In this document: positions 1-10,154 of the stretch, in pieces
How the letters are laid out: each line of letters begins with the position of its first letter
How positions within the stretch are numbered: the stretch's first letter is position 1
Virus record (IMG/VR): IMGVR_UViG_3300027859_000006
Span: 32,001-96,000 of that record
Strand: one strand, 5' to 3'
Length of the DNA stretch: 64,000 nucleotides
From: a virus
Notes under the pieces: generated by a model
Told to the model about the DNA's origin: nothing
Seen by the model: the letters and a program-made list of their open reading frames with translations, nothing else
The model's database searches: none
Made by a program: the position numbers and the translations under genes

Positions 1-693
1 GAACGTCGATTTAACTCTAAATACGTAAGTCTTTCCCAATTGAAGACCTGAACTTACGCTTAGATTATAAGAGAGATTACCGGAATAAATGGGATTCCAA
101 GTCAATCCTGCTAAACTTCCAGAATAATCTGTCGCAACTTCTATCTGGATACTGGAAACCCTAGTGTTCTCAATATTATCCGCTCCTAGTTCTAACACTA
201 GATAGGGAGGAGCTGAATTGCTTAAAGAGTCAGGAGTATTAACAAGAACGTTAGTTAGGTAAGCTCCTCTAATAGAGCTAACTCTAACTGGGTCGCTGAT
301 ATTAATAGCAGTAGACAGTCTCGAAGAGACAAGCGCATTGGAGCAAGTACCAAAGCTTTCACCTTTGTAGTTAATCTTTTTAATAGACGAACCAGCTAGA
401 GTAGCCCCATCTGCCATAGCATCCACAACTGCCATTTCTATAACGTACTCTTGAGAGCTATCTATAGAGGGTATTGGCAGGTCAAAGAAGTTAACTTCTG
501 CCTTATCAATTCGGTACAGTTCGAATTGAGTAGCATTAGTTATATAGTCTGAAGTACCAACAGGTACTACGTATAGATAACATGCTATAGCACTAGCATC
601 GTAATCTACTAGGCTAGAGTGATTAACTCTAGCCTTATTACCTAGTAAAGTAACTGACACTATACTAGGGGTTTGTGGTATAATATTCTTCAT
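1..693 (-). CDS. central tail fibre/tail tip protein (T5 pb4-like), truncated by window edge
   Basis: ATG at 693 abuts the pb3-like stop; open frame MKNIIPQTPSIVSV... to the window edge; beta-rich with FN3-like YVFRVKS; syntenic with T5 pb4. Confidence 0.7.
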   Translation of the reverse strand, partial: MKNIIPQTPSIVSVTLLGNKARVNHSSLVDYDASAIACYLYVVPVGTSDYITNATQFELYRIDKAEVNFFDLPIPSIDSSQEYVIEMAVVDAMADGATLAGSSIKKINYKGESFGTCSNALVSSRLSTAINISDPVRVSSIRGAYLTNVLVNTPDSLSNSAPPYLVLELGADNIENTRVSSIQIEVATDYSGSLAGLTWNPIYSGNLSYNLSVSSGLQLGKTYVFRVKSTF

Positions 694-3600
694 TTATATC
701 TCTAAGTATGCCCACGGGCCGAAGCCTAACTGACTGTACCCTGGAACCTGCTTCCCCGGTGTAAGGGCTGGGTCAGACCTAGCTCTTACTTTTATTCCTA
801 GGTTTCTAATCAGTCCAGCACTACCATGGTAAGCTTGATAATCATCCATATTGTTTTCTACGGTGTAGCTAAATCCAGTAGTTTCATCAAGAGTAGCTGG
901 AACAATCCATTGACTGTATTGCTCACCTTCTTGGTCGAACTTAAAGAATATAACTTCGTAAGCGTTAGTAATGCTGTCTTGCGTATCCCACACTATATCA
1001 ATACTAGGGCCGAAGAACTGATTAGTAGTTCCTGGTACTCTGTTAGTTACATTTAATCCTGTTATAGGTGGAAGCTTATCTGGAAATAGCGGATCAGTAG
1101 AATTTAAGCTCTTAGATACCCAAGTACTAAACCCACCAGATGCTAACACAGCTCTAACTCGGAAAGTAAAAGTCCAATTGTCTGTCCTGCTACTAATGTC
1201 GTTTACGAAATCGTAAATCTTACCATTCTCGTCTAACCTATCAGGCTGAACTTGGATTGTTCCGCTAGTCTCATCAGGGTCTCCATTAGTAGGGCCTATA
1301 AACCATTGATACTCGTACCTTAGTATAGGTTGAGAAGCTGAAGGCTTCCACCTTAACAAGAATGTAGAGTAGTCTGGCTCTCCGGTAACTTCCCAAGAGG
1401 TTAATATCTCAAGCTGAGTAGGTGCTCTTACACCTATAACCGGAGGTATTTGAACATCAGTTCTATCAGTCTGGTCAATGTTACTATAGATTTCTGCATC
1501 GAAGTCTGTAAGGGTTAAATTAACTAGCCCATCTTTTCTAAGTGTTATAGCAGATACTCTAAGCTTTTCAGGCCCTGTAGGGAAGAATCTAGGATAGTTG
1601 AATAGAACGTTATCGTTGATCTTTAAGTAAGAGTATTTGTAATACGTAACAATGGAGAAGGTTCTGTTATATCTACTTCTCTTCAACTCTAAAGCTGCTA
1701 AATTACGTCCGGTGTAGTAGTTGGTAATATATGAGAACTCAAGTCTACCTTTCTTCTCAATACCATTATCTGCCTCTTTGTATCTAGAGTCAAAGAATAC
1801 TACGTTGTTAGCATCATAGCCTTTAGCAGGATCGGATATTCTAGCATCAATAGTGTTGTAACTATCTTTAGAGGAAGTATTCTTGGAACTAATAGCATCT
1901 TTTGTCTCAGTCCAATCTATAACCGTAGGGTTCCCATCACCGTCAGTAACCACATCATTGTTGTTCTCAACACTAAGAGTATATTTACCTCCTATGTAGT
2001 TAAGAGTACCGTTAATCTGAGCTAACATGCTACTAACATTCTTAAATACTGTTTGGTCAGTGCTAATGTGAGTGTTGCACTGGTACTTAGCTCTCGTAGG
2101 TACTAAGTTACCATGAGCGTCTTCATAAGTATTAGATAGCGTTTCCCATCCTAAGTACCTCCAGTACGGAACCCACCCAATGTCGTAAGAGTCATCCTCT
2201 TCATTTAGTAGTTGGGCAGTTTCCCAGAATGATCTTATATTAACATCATCCAAGTCTATTTGACCACCACTGTCACTAACTAGGTAATCTAGAAGCTGCC
2301 AGGCCATGTTTAGAGTATGGTCTGGTAACCCACCATTTACTGTTAAGTCTGAAGAGTCCCAAATATTAGGCTTAGAACCTTGAACTACCACTTCTATTTC
2401 TGGTAGCTCTGTTTTGTCTTCAGTAAGTTTAGTGTGTACTACTACATAGGCAGTATCTAGAAGCCTATGGTTAGTACCCCAATATTCCTCTCCAGGTGTA
2501 CTACCTTGCAATAAGAATCCTTGATTAGCTGCTATATTAACTAAGTCAGGGTCTGCTGTTTGGTTGTCCTTACCGTGATACACTGTAATGTCAATAGTAG
2601 AGGTTTCATCCTCAATAACATATTTAGTGCCGTGTATAGAAGGTATGCCTACCTGTCCAGTACCGCCTTCAGCAGCAGTTTCTAGTGTATGTCCAGCTCT
2701 CTGAGAACCTACACATATGGTAACTTCTGACTCTGCTTGTTCGTCAGGCTGTCCACAGATAACAGTTTTGTTATCTATGTATAAGTTTAAGAACCCGTCG
2801 ATTTCTCCTTCACATACAGTGTACACTGCGTATACCTCTGAAGGGTCACTAGCATCTACACCTGCAAATACAGGATGTAGTGGAAGTCGTCTAACTCCAT
2901 ACACTTTAGGCAGATAAGCAGCAGATAAGTTAAATCTTAGGTCTATTTCCCTAGTAACCTCTACTTCATACTCTACTAGACGTTTCATACCTGCTAGACC
3001 AGCTAAACCACCACGCTTTTTCATCTTATAGCGAGTCTCTTTAGCCTTATATTGGGCTTCTAGGTTAATAGCTGTGTTAGCATGCATAAAGCCTAAATCT
3101 GATGTGTGTGCTGGCTTTCTAGCAACTGTAGGGTCTGGTAAGTCTTCAAATACTCCAGGTGAAGTTTCGACACTTACTAAGCCTCGATGGGCGGTATCAT
3201 CGGCCAACCTACCTGTAACATTTTGGAAGTAAGCAAAATGGTTAGCAGCCTCCCATGTAACCTCTGACGACCCGCGTTGTACTGCCTCTTTAACAGATAT
3301 GTCTGTTATAATACCTTTAAAGTATTTAAGAGGGCCACCGTCTACATCCATGTCTATAATGTTACCATCATCGTCTAGGAATGCTCTGTAGATAGTGATT
3401 TTCTTGTGTACATAACTAACGTCGTTGGGTTGTTTTAATGCTCTGTCCAGTTCTTCTTGCCACTCACCCGCGACAGTTATAGAAATAGAGTTTACCTTGA
3501 TTCCTTGGTCTTCCTTAATATCACTAATTCGAGAAATTCTATTAGTAAGGTAAGTAACACCATTGTACTCTATAGGTGCCCCATAGTCGGTATAGTAACC

Positions 3601-3720
3601 ACTAACAGATTCACCTTCGATTGTAGGTAACTCAAGCTCTACAAGGTGAGCAATCGTAACATTTGGTTTAGTAGCTAAATACTGCAATGCAGCGTTACTA
3701 TATCCTCTATGAGTAGTCAT
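694..3720 (-). CDS. baseplate hub/tail tip protein (T5 pb3-like) with C-terminal FN3-like domains
   Basis: 1008 aa; LPKVYG, CEGEIDG, HRLLDTAY motifs of the T5 pb3 family; lies downstream of Dit. Confidence 0.85.
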   Translation of the reverse strand: MTTHRGYSNAALQYLATKPNVTIAHLVELELPTIEGESVSGYYTDYGAPIEYNGVTYLTNRISRISDIKEDQGIKVNSISITVAGEWQEELDRALKQPNDVSYVHKKITIYRAFLDDDGNIIDMDVDGGPLKYFKGIITDISVKEAVQRGSSEVTWEAANHFAYFQNVTGRLADDTAHRGLVSVETSPGVFEDLPDPTVARKPAHTSDLGFMHANTAINLEAQYKAKETRYKMKKRGGLAGLAGMKRLVEYEVEVTREIDLRFNLSAAYLPKVYGVRRLPLHPVFAGVDASDPSEVYAVYTVCEGEIDGFLNLYIDNKTVICGQPDEQAESEVTICVGSQRAGHTLETAAEGGTGQVGIPSIHGTKYVIEDETSTIDITVYHGKDNQTADPDLVNIAANQGFLLQGSTPGEEYWGTNHRLLDTAYVVVHTKLTEDKTELPEIEVVVQGSKPNIWDSSDLTVNGGLPDHTLNMAWQLLDYLVSDSGGQIDLDDVNIRSFWETAQLLNEEDDSYDIGWVPYWRYLGWETLSNTYEDAHGNLVPTRAKYQCNTHISTDQTVFKNVSSMLAQINGTLNYIGGKYTLSVENNNDVVTDGDGNPTVIDWTETKDAISSKNTSSKDSYNTIDARISDPAKGYDANNVVFFDSRYKEADNGIEKKGRLEFSYITNYYTGRNLAALELKRSRYNRTFSIVTYYKYSYLKINDNVLFNYPRFFPTGPEKLRVSAITLRKDGLVNLTLTDFDAEIYSNIDQTDRTDVQIPPVIGVRAPTQLEILTSWEVTGEPDYSTFLLRWKPSASQPILRYEYQWFIGPTNGDPDETSGTIQVQPDRLDENGKIYDFVNDISSRTDNWTFTFRVRAVLASGGFSTWVSKSLNSTDPLFPDKLPPITGLNVTNRVPGTTNQFFGPSIDIVWDTQDSITNAYEVIFFKFDQEGEQYSQWIVPATLDETTGFSYTVENNMDDYQAYHGSAGLIRNLGIKVRARSDPALTPGKQVPGYSQLGFGPWAYLEI

Positions 3721-4364
3721 TATAGAACCGTACCTCTAAGTGCTAGAGAAAAGCCTTGCACTAGTCCTGAGGCAGTGACCTCTTCGCGAGGCTTATCTCC
3801 TACTAGTACGCATTTAAATTTAATTTCATTTGGCTCAAGCTCAGTGGTATTATCAATAGGACTGTCTATTACACAATGTAGTGTGTAACGCACGGAAGTA
3901 CTAATGTTCTCTACCTTGATAACTTTATAGATTCTATCGTTACCTGATAGTTTTAAGTAATCCCCTGCCACTAGAGTACCTCCTAAGGACGTTCTATTAG
4001 CTACCTCTATAGTTTGAGCATTAATTTTTGTTATGAGACCCTGCCCAAGTTGAGGGCCAGATCCTACCCAAGCCCCGTTTTTAGGATTCGCTCTGTCAGG
4101 AAACCTGACATAGAACCTTGACGCCGAGCCTTGTAAAGAACTAAGAAAAACCCCTAGTTCGTTGTAAGTTTCAGGCAACATACTGTTGTATGATAAGCTG
4201 ATGTTCCAGTAGTTCCCACCTTGGTAAACTGCAATTGTAGAACCCCCGTTTAGTTCCGTTGATTGAACAGGTGCAATATCGTATATTGTCTGAGATGCCC
4301 AACCCGGCCCTACAGGTGTAGTAGTGGGGTCTGGCAATTGTGGAATTGATGTATTGTAAGCCAC
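3720..4364 (-). CDS. distal tail protein (T5 pb9-like Dit)
   Basis: 214 aa, GTG start with GGAGG SD; LPDP...PGW N-terminus; between TMP and hub. Confidence 0.8.
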   Translation of the reverse strand: MAYNTSIPQLPDPTTTPVGPGWASQTIYDIAPVQSTELNGGSTIAVYQGGNYWNISLSYNSMLPETYNELGVFLSSLQGSASRFYVRFPDRANPKNGAWVGSGPQLGQGLITKINAQTIEVANRTSLGGTLVAGDYLKLSGNDRIYKVIKVENISTSVRYTLHCVIDSPIDNTTELEPNEIKFKCVLVGDKPREEVTASGLVQGFSLALRGTVL

Positions 4365-4391
4365 GAGTTACCTCCTTAATTTGTACTTACT

Positions 4392-4419
4392 ATTATACGC
4401 AATAAACAAGTTTTGTCAA
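4392..4419 (-). promoter_or_regulatory. sigma70-type promoter upstream of Dit
   Basis: TTGACA-N16-TATAAT on minus strand. Confidence 0.7.
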
Positions 4420-4474
4420 TACCTAACTTCGCATATTTTTTAAAGGCACAAAAGAAAAAAGCGCAGGGATAACC

Positions 4475-7400
4475 CTACGCTTCTAAAGATGCCAAAGTGA
4501 AACCTTTGGAGTTGGCCGCTCTTTCTAGAGCTTCCCAAATGTCGTCTGACCTATCAACAATACTTTGACTATCTAGAGCTGTAATGTTTAGGTTAAGATT
4601 GTTTTTGGTAACTGGTTTAGACTCAGTTTCAGATTCTGATGCTGGTTTAACGTATAATGGTTGAGTTGGAACAATTTGCTCTGCTCCTCTCTCACCTACA
4701 GTTATAGAACCACCACCTGATCTACCAGGAGTAAAGTTATTAGCCCCTGTACCGAATCCAGACTCTCCACGTAAATAGGATAGCTCACCCATAGATGCTC
4801 CCATAGAAGTATCTACAGCATTGTTTCTAGAACCTACTGAAAGTGATAAGCCTCCAGTGTCTGCGTCTAATGCTGCTAATTGTCCAGCGGATGCTTTCTT
4901 AATGTTGTTAACTTGCATTAACCCCATAGCACCTATAGCTGCTGACATAGCAATGTTCGCAGGGAACGGAACTTCTGCCATTGTTTTCATAATAGCAAGT
5001 GATGTAGACATAGCAGTTTGAGCAATACTAGACTTCTCTTTCTCTTTAATCTTTTTCTTCTCTAAGGCTCTAATCTTAGCTAAGGATTCTTGAGATTTAC
5101 CGTCACGTTTTTTCTCTGCCGCAATTTGGTTGTCTATATCAGTAATGATACCTTGAGTCATTTCACTAAATAGTGAGGACGCCATTGTACCTACTGCTAT
5201 TATACTATCTGAGAAGTCAGATAACGCTAGTTCCTGACCGCTTGCTACTAGCTCAGTAACGTTAGTCATAGTGTCTGCAATAGTTCCAGACATAGCTATA
5301 AATTCGTTCTGTAAGCTTGTTAGGCCAGGTACTGAACCTGCTACTTCAGAAATAGCAGAACCTATTTCTCTATAAGCAGCTGCCTCTTCCTTGGCTAGGG
5401 CTATTCTTTCGGCTGCGTCAGCTGCCATAACCTCTGCGGATAGAACTTGAAGTTGTTGTGGGTCAGCTTTGTTTATTTGAGCTTCTCTAAGTTTAGCACG
5501 CGCAACATTTAAGTCTAGAGTAGCTTGTGCGGAAGCTCTAGCTGCCTCGGTCTCTTCGTTAAGTCTTCTATTTCCCAAGGACTCTCTGTTTCTAGCAGTA
5601 TTATCCATGATAGAGTTTATTGAAGAATCTGCTTCGGCTTGTCTTAAAGCTGCTTGAGCCTTGGCTAACTCTTTGTAGTACCTAACTTCATCTTTAAGTA
5701 AGTCAACTTTACTCTGTTGAAGTATTTCCGCCTCAGTTTGAGTACTGCTTAGTGCTTTCATAGTAGCCAGTAGCTTATCTTCCGCATCTAGTTCTTGCTG
5801 TATCAGTTCATACTTATCCCTGTATACTCCTAAACCTGCGGATTCAAATCTGTTAGCTGCTAAAGTATTGTTAAGCTTAACTTGGTTAATCTTCTCTAAC
5901 TGCTTTTGGTACTCAATCTGCTTCTCTAGTAAGTAGATTTCGTTGCGCTTCTCTCTCATAGCTTCAACATTCTTCTTATCTGCTTTATCCATAAAGTCTA
6001 GAAGATTTTTTTGAATGTCTAACTGTGACTCTAGTCCTTGTAGCTGAGAGTTTCCTTGTAGCGTGTTATCTAGAGCTGCTGCTGATAATGTAACGGATAA
6101 GTCTCTAACTTTTTCGTTTAACTTTTCAGCATACTCGTACAGTTCGTCAAAGCTATTTATAGTAGCATCTAACCCTAAAGATTTAGATATTTTTTCAAAC
6201 TCTTCTCTAGTTTTAGCAGTTACTACTCCAATACCCTGTATTACTGTAGGTATATTAGCTTCTCTAAGGCTCATAGCAGTCTTGACAAATTCGGACATAG
6301 GCCCACTTACTTGCTGAGAACTATTTGCTAAAGATTCCATATCTCTAGCTGCAATCTCAAAGTCTCTGTTAAATGCTATGATAGCTGCTCCCATTTCAGC
6401 TATTTTATCATCGCTGAAACTGGACACTGCAATTCCTGCTTCCCCTAGGACTTTATAGTAGTCGCGAAGTGACGTGGTTGCGGCGTCTACCGTAATTTTT
6501 TGTCTCTCTAGTGCTTGTTCAGTATTGTCCAGCCCTGGGATTAGCCCTACTAAGCTATTAGACAATTCTTTAATTTCATCAGAGAATACATATAATAAAC
6601 TACCTATAGCGGCGGTAGCTATTAAGAATAGTGGATTGGTTAGCATTGCTACTGTTGCTGCTTTAACCGCAGATCCTATAGCAACAAATCCACCGGCTAT
6701 AGCTGCTAATGCAATAGGTATTCTACCTGCTGAAAGAACGGTTAGAGCTATAGCATTGGCTCTAGCTGCATTAGTTAGTCCTACAACCGCTTTAGTAGCA
6801 GTTACAACTGCTGGAGTTAGTGCTGAGATTAGCGTTCTAGTAGCATATACTGTAGTAATGGCTACTAGAGCTTGCATAGCTATGGTAACGTTTTCAACAG
6901 TAGATTTTGACTTTTCTATATGTTCGGAAGTATCTTCGGTTATACTACCTAGCTCTTTAGTAGATTTACTAAGTTCGGAAGCAGCAACCAGAGCCTGACC
7001 CCAGTGTTCGCCTTCTAGAGCATTTTTAAGAGTGTCTTGGGACTCTACTACATCATCGGTAGCAGCCTTAAACTTATTAGTCTGGTTTATTGTGGTTAAC
7101 AGAGAAGTCCCAACTTTTGCTAAAGGCTCTAATATCCTAGAAAGCCCTACTAGCATGTTGTCAATAGCGTTCTTCGCTGCAACACCTAGTTCTTCCCATT
7201 TAGTAGCTCCCGCATCAATACCGGAGAATCTAGTATCTAACTGGCGTTGAACCTCGTTAGTTAGTGCTAGCTGACGTTCGTAATCAGATAATTCGTCTAC
7301 GGTTTTATCCACCGTTTTAGCATATGCTTCAAAAGCTGGTGTCAATCTTGTAACAACACCTAGTTCGTCAAATAGTTCAATCTCTTGTTTAGATATACCG

Positions 7401-8386
7401 CGAAGTACCCTGTCCATAGAGTCATTGAAATCTCTACCTAGTGCGATTGACGCTTTACGTGCCCCTACTGTTAAGTTCTCTAACTGTTCCGCAGTAAAGT
7501 TAAATGCAGCACCTTTAGTAGCAAATGACATACTTTCCCTAACTGACAATGCGCCTTGAGAAAGCTCTGACATATCTCTAGCTAGACCTTTAACGTTAAT
7601 ACCTGAAACGGCTGCCGAGAAGCTAGCTGTTTGAGTCATTAGTCTGTCGAAGTTAGCAGCTTCATTTAGTACCCTAAATGCTTCTGAAACTGCGTAAACG
7701 TTAATAGCTATACTAGCGTACGCAGATGTTAAAGGGTTCATAGAGAACGCTAGTTCACTAAAAGCCCTCTTCTGGTTTCTTCCACTACCTGCTAAACCTC
7801 TAGCAGAGTTATTGAAACTTTCTTGGTTTTGGGTAGCTTTGCCCACGGATTTACTGTATTCGTTCATAGCTTGAGCAGAAGCTTGAGTTGCATCCCTAGT
7901 AGTCTTTAAACGTTTAGCAGTTTTACCAGTACTCTCTTCCATAGCTTCTAGTAATATGTTGGATATTCTTGCACGTTCTCCAATGTTGTTTAACGCTACT
8001 ACTACTTGATTTAACGTTTTTTCTAAGGACTGCATCCCTACTGCCCCTGTAGTGCTATCGTTTACGCTTTTAAGCGACTTGGCAGCACTAGATGCTGTTT
8101 TGTTAACCATGTCTAGTGTTTTGTTAACTTCTTGCATCCTTTTCTGGTAGGTTTCCAATCCTTTGGTTTTTATCTTATTAGCACTCATAGAGGAGTTAAT
8201 AGTTTTCATACTATTAGACATTGACTCTAATGCGGTGTTAATGGACTTGAAACTTCTACCAGACCCTTTGACTGTTTCTATAACAGCTTTAAGGTTTTCA
8301 TTAAGCTTACCAGACTCACGAGCAGCAGCGGTAATATCCTTACCACTTACTTTAATCATTATGTCTCTTATATTTCGTTGTGCCAT
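4475..8386 (-). CDS. tape measure protein (T5 pb2-like)
   Basis: 1303 aa, coiled-coil/Ala-rich, central hydrophobic segments, ELFDELG motif; follows the chaperone genes. Confidence 0.9.
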   Translation of the reverse strand: MAQRNIRDIMIKVSGKDITAAARESGKLNENLKAVIETVKGSGRSFKSINTALESMSNSMKTINSSMSANKIKTKGLETYQKRMQEVNKTLDMVNKTASSAAKSLKSVNDSTTGAVGMQSLEKTLNQVVVALNNIGERARISNILLEAMEESTGKTAKRLKTTRDATQASAQAMNEYSKSVGKATQNQESFNNSARGLAGSGRNQKRAFSELAFSMNPLTSAYASIAINVYAVSEAFRVLNEAANFDRLMTQTASFSAAVSGINVKGLARDMSELSQGALSVRESMSFATKGAAFNFTAEQLENLTVGARKASIALGRDFNDSMDRVLRGISKQEIELFDELGVVTRLTPAFEAYAKTVDKTVDELSDYERQLALTNEVQRQLDTRFSGIDAGATKWEELGVAAKNAIDNMLVGLSRILEPLAKVGTSLLTTINQTNKFKAATDDVVESQDTLKNALEGEHWGQALVAASELSKSTKELGSITEDTSEHIEKSKSTVENVTIAMQALVAITTVYATRTLISALTPAVVTATKAVVGLTNAARANAIALTVLSAGRIPIALAAIAGGFVAIGSAVKAATVAMLTNPLFLIATAAIGSLLYVFSDEIKELSNSLVGLIPGLDNTEQALERQKITVDAATTSLRDYYKVLGEAGIAVSSFSDDKIAEMGAAIIAFNRDFEIAARDMESLANSSQQVSGPMSEFVKTAMSLREANIPTVIQGIGVVTAKTREEFEKISKSLGLDATINSFDELYEYAEKLNEKVRDLSVTLSAAALDNTLQGNSQLQGLESQLDIQKNLLDFMDKADKKNVEAMREKRNEIYLLEKQIEYQKQLEKINQVKLNNTLAANRFESAGLGVYRDKYELIQQELDAEDKLLATMKALSSTQTEAEILQQSKVDLLKDEVRYYKELAKAQAALRQAEADSSINSIMDNTARNRESLGNRRLNEETEAARASAQATLDLNVARAKLREAQINKADPQQLQVLSAEVMAADAAERIALAKEEAAAYREIGSAISEVAGSVPGLTSLQNEFIAMSGTIADTMTNVTELVASGQELALSDFSDSIIAVGTMASSLFSEMTQGIITDIDNQIAAEKKRDGKSQESLAKIRALEKKKIKEKEKSSIAQTAMSTSLAIMKTMAEVPFPANIAMSAAIGAMGLMQVNNIKKASAGQLAALDADTGGLSLSVGSRNNAVDTSMGASMGELSYLRGESGFGTGANNFTPGRSGGGSITVGERGAEQIVPTQPLYVKPASESETESKPVTKNNLNLNITALDSQSIVDRSDDIWEALERAANSKGFTLASLEA

Positions 8387-8481
8387 TAATTATTACCTTA
8401 TATAAAAAAGGCCCTAAGCCTTTCGACCTAGAGCCAAACGTGAAACACAGGTGCTTCACTCCAGAGGATAACTTTGTACTC

Positions 8482-8875
8482 CTAGCGACCCTTGCTGATT
8501 TCTTTTTTAGCTTTCTCAACAGAGTTTTTCACATTAATTCTGTCTAGGTGTAGAATTGCTTCCGTTATCTCCATTCTGCTCCAAAAGTCCGTTATTAAGT
8601 ATGTATCTAGTAAGAACGGTAGAGCAGATACGTTTTTTCCTGCGTAAGTACTAACATTACCTCCTGTATACGTATCTGGAAGCTTAGAGTAAATCTCTAG
8701 AGAGTCCTGTACAAACTGAGGCAAGTCCGAAAAATCCGGTGGCATCTTGTCAGGGTCAGGTTCATCACCCATACGCTCACAGATTTCCAAGTACTGTTCT
8801 TTAGTAATATTATGCTGCTGGTTGCTTTGGTATTTATCTAGTAGCTCTAAACCCTTACTTAGATTGCTCTCCGCG
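8482..8875 (-). CDS. tail assembly chaperone C-terminal extension (frameshift product)
   Basis: open +1 frame starts at the TTT CGC near the end of the upstream chaperone; no convincing start of its own. Confidence 0.7.
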
Positions 8876-9271
8876 AAAGTATTTTAGTTTAAACGCCACC
8901 TCGTTTACCCAAGCTTCAAAAGCAGTACTGTTTTTGATAAGCATTACAGCGTTGTCATGGGTATAAGGAATTTCGTCTTCATCCTTAACCGCGTCGTCGT
9001 CAACTGGTAGTAAGTCTTTAACGTACTCTCCTGTCAGACCTTCCCAACCCTTGATAGCAGCATTGGTGAACTTCTCTGCGAATTTGTTCTCGTCTAGAGT
9101 TTCTTCCATGCTAGAGTAGCGGTCTGACATTCTTGTAACTGTACAGTCTTTGCGAATTTTGTTCGCTAACTGTCTGCTTATTAGACCAATTTTAACTTTA
9201 AATCCTTTGTAACCTGGGAACTCTAGTTCCGCAGTTTTTGATTCCTGTAATACATCTTTTAAATTAACCAT
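8855..9271 (-). CDS. tail assembly chaperone
   Basis: 138 aa, IKGWEGL / NAVMLIKNS..F..W motif of T5-like chaperones; upstream of TMP. Confidence 0.8.
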   Translation of the reverse strand: MVNLKDVLQESKTAELEFPGYKGFKVKIGLISRQLANKIRKDCTVTRMSDRYSSMEETLDENKFAEKFTNAAIKGWEGLTGEYVKDLLPVDDDAVKDEDEIPYTHDNAVMLIKNSTAFEAWVNEVAFKLKYFRGEQSK

Positions 9272-9278
9272 ATTTCCT

Positions 9279-10145
9279 CTAGATTATTATTTGTGAGTCT
9301 ACGCTATTTAGTAGCTTAAAGTCTGAAACCGACTGTAGTACTCCTGAGCCAAAATCAGCTCTCTGTGTTATGTTGCAATGTCCTAGGTTGACTGTTATGT
9401 AGTCGCCTAGGGATATAGATACTGGCACATCAGGTAAATACTTAGGCTCTTCAGTCCCTCTTTTTATAGTTGTTATATTACCCGCTACTGCCAAGTTTGA
9501 CCCTACTACATCTTCAGGAATAAACATAGTTCCAGAAAATGCGTCGTGTACTGATTGATTATTTAGCCAGTTTATATCTCTAGTCAATTCTAAGGTAGCA
9601 CCTGCTACTCTAGAAACATCAATACCTGGTACGGATGCTGAGATATAGGCGTTTGTAAATGACCCTTGAGAGTATAATGTTCCGTTAGAAGGTAGAACTA
9701 TTGAATCCATCATAGAAGTAAATCCTCTAGCTGTCACAGACATACCAAGAACTCCTCTAGGATTTAGTTTAAAGCTAAGATTTTCTAGTACCACATTATC
9801 TATGAATACTATCTTTGCTCCTAAATCTACGTAAACATCAAACTTTTTAGTCAACTGTCCATTAACTGCTGGGAAGTTACCGGAGGCATCAAAGCCGTAC
9901 CATTCCAAGACTTTTTTCTCAACTGTAATATTATCGCTGAAATACATTTCAAAGTCAAAAGAGCAATTAGACTTGGCATTTACATAAGTTTTGTTATTAA
10001 TAGCTACTGGGTTATGTACTGTTGATACATCGTACCCTCGCTCAATAAAGGTTTCGGAGAAGTTAAAGTCCGCTACCTTTAGCAGATAGCGGTCAGTACC
10101 GTCGTCTATAATGAGCTTAGAGCCTCTTTTAAAACTAAAGCTCAT
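9279..10145 (-). CDS. baseplate tube/minor tail protein (T5 p140-like)
   Basis: 288 aa, tube-like, between tail tube and chaperone genes. Confidence 0.75.
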   Translation of the reverse strand: MSFSFKRGSKLIIDDGTDRYLLKVADFNFSETFIERGYDVSTVHNPVAINNKTYVNAKSNCSFDFEMYFSDNITVEKKVLEWYGFDASGNFPAVNGQLTKKFDVYVDLGAKIVFIDNVVLENLSFKLNPRGVLGMSVTARGFTSMMDSIVLPSNGTLYSQGSFTNAYISASVPGIDVSRVAGATLELTRDINWLNNQSVHDAFSGTMFIPEDVVGSNLAVAGNITTIKRGTEEPKYLPDVPVSISLGDYITVNLGHCNITQRADFGSGVLQSVSDFKLLNSVDSQIII

Positions 10146-10154
10146 TTAGTCTCC

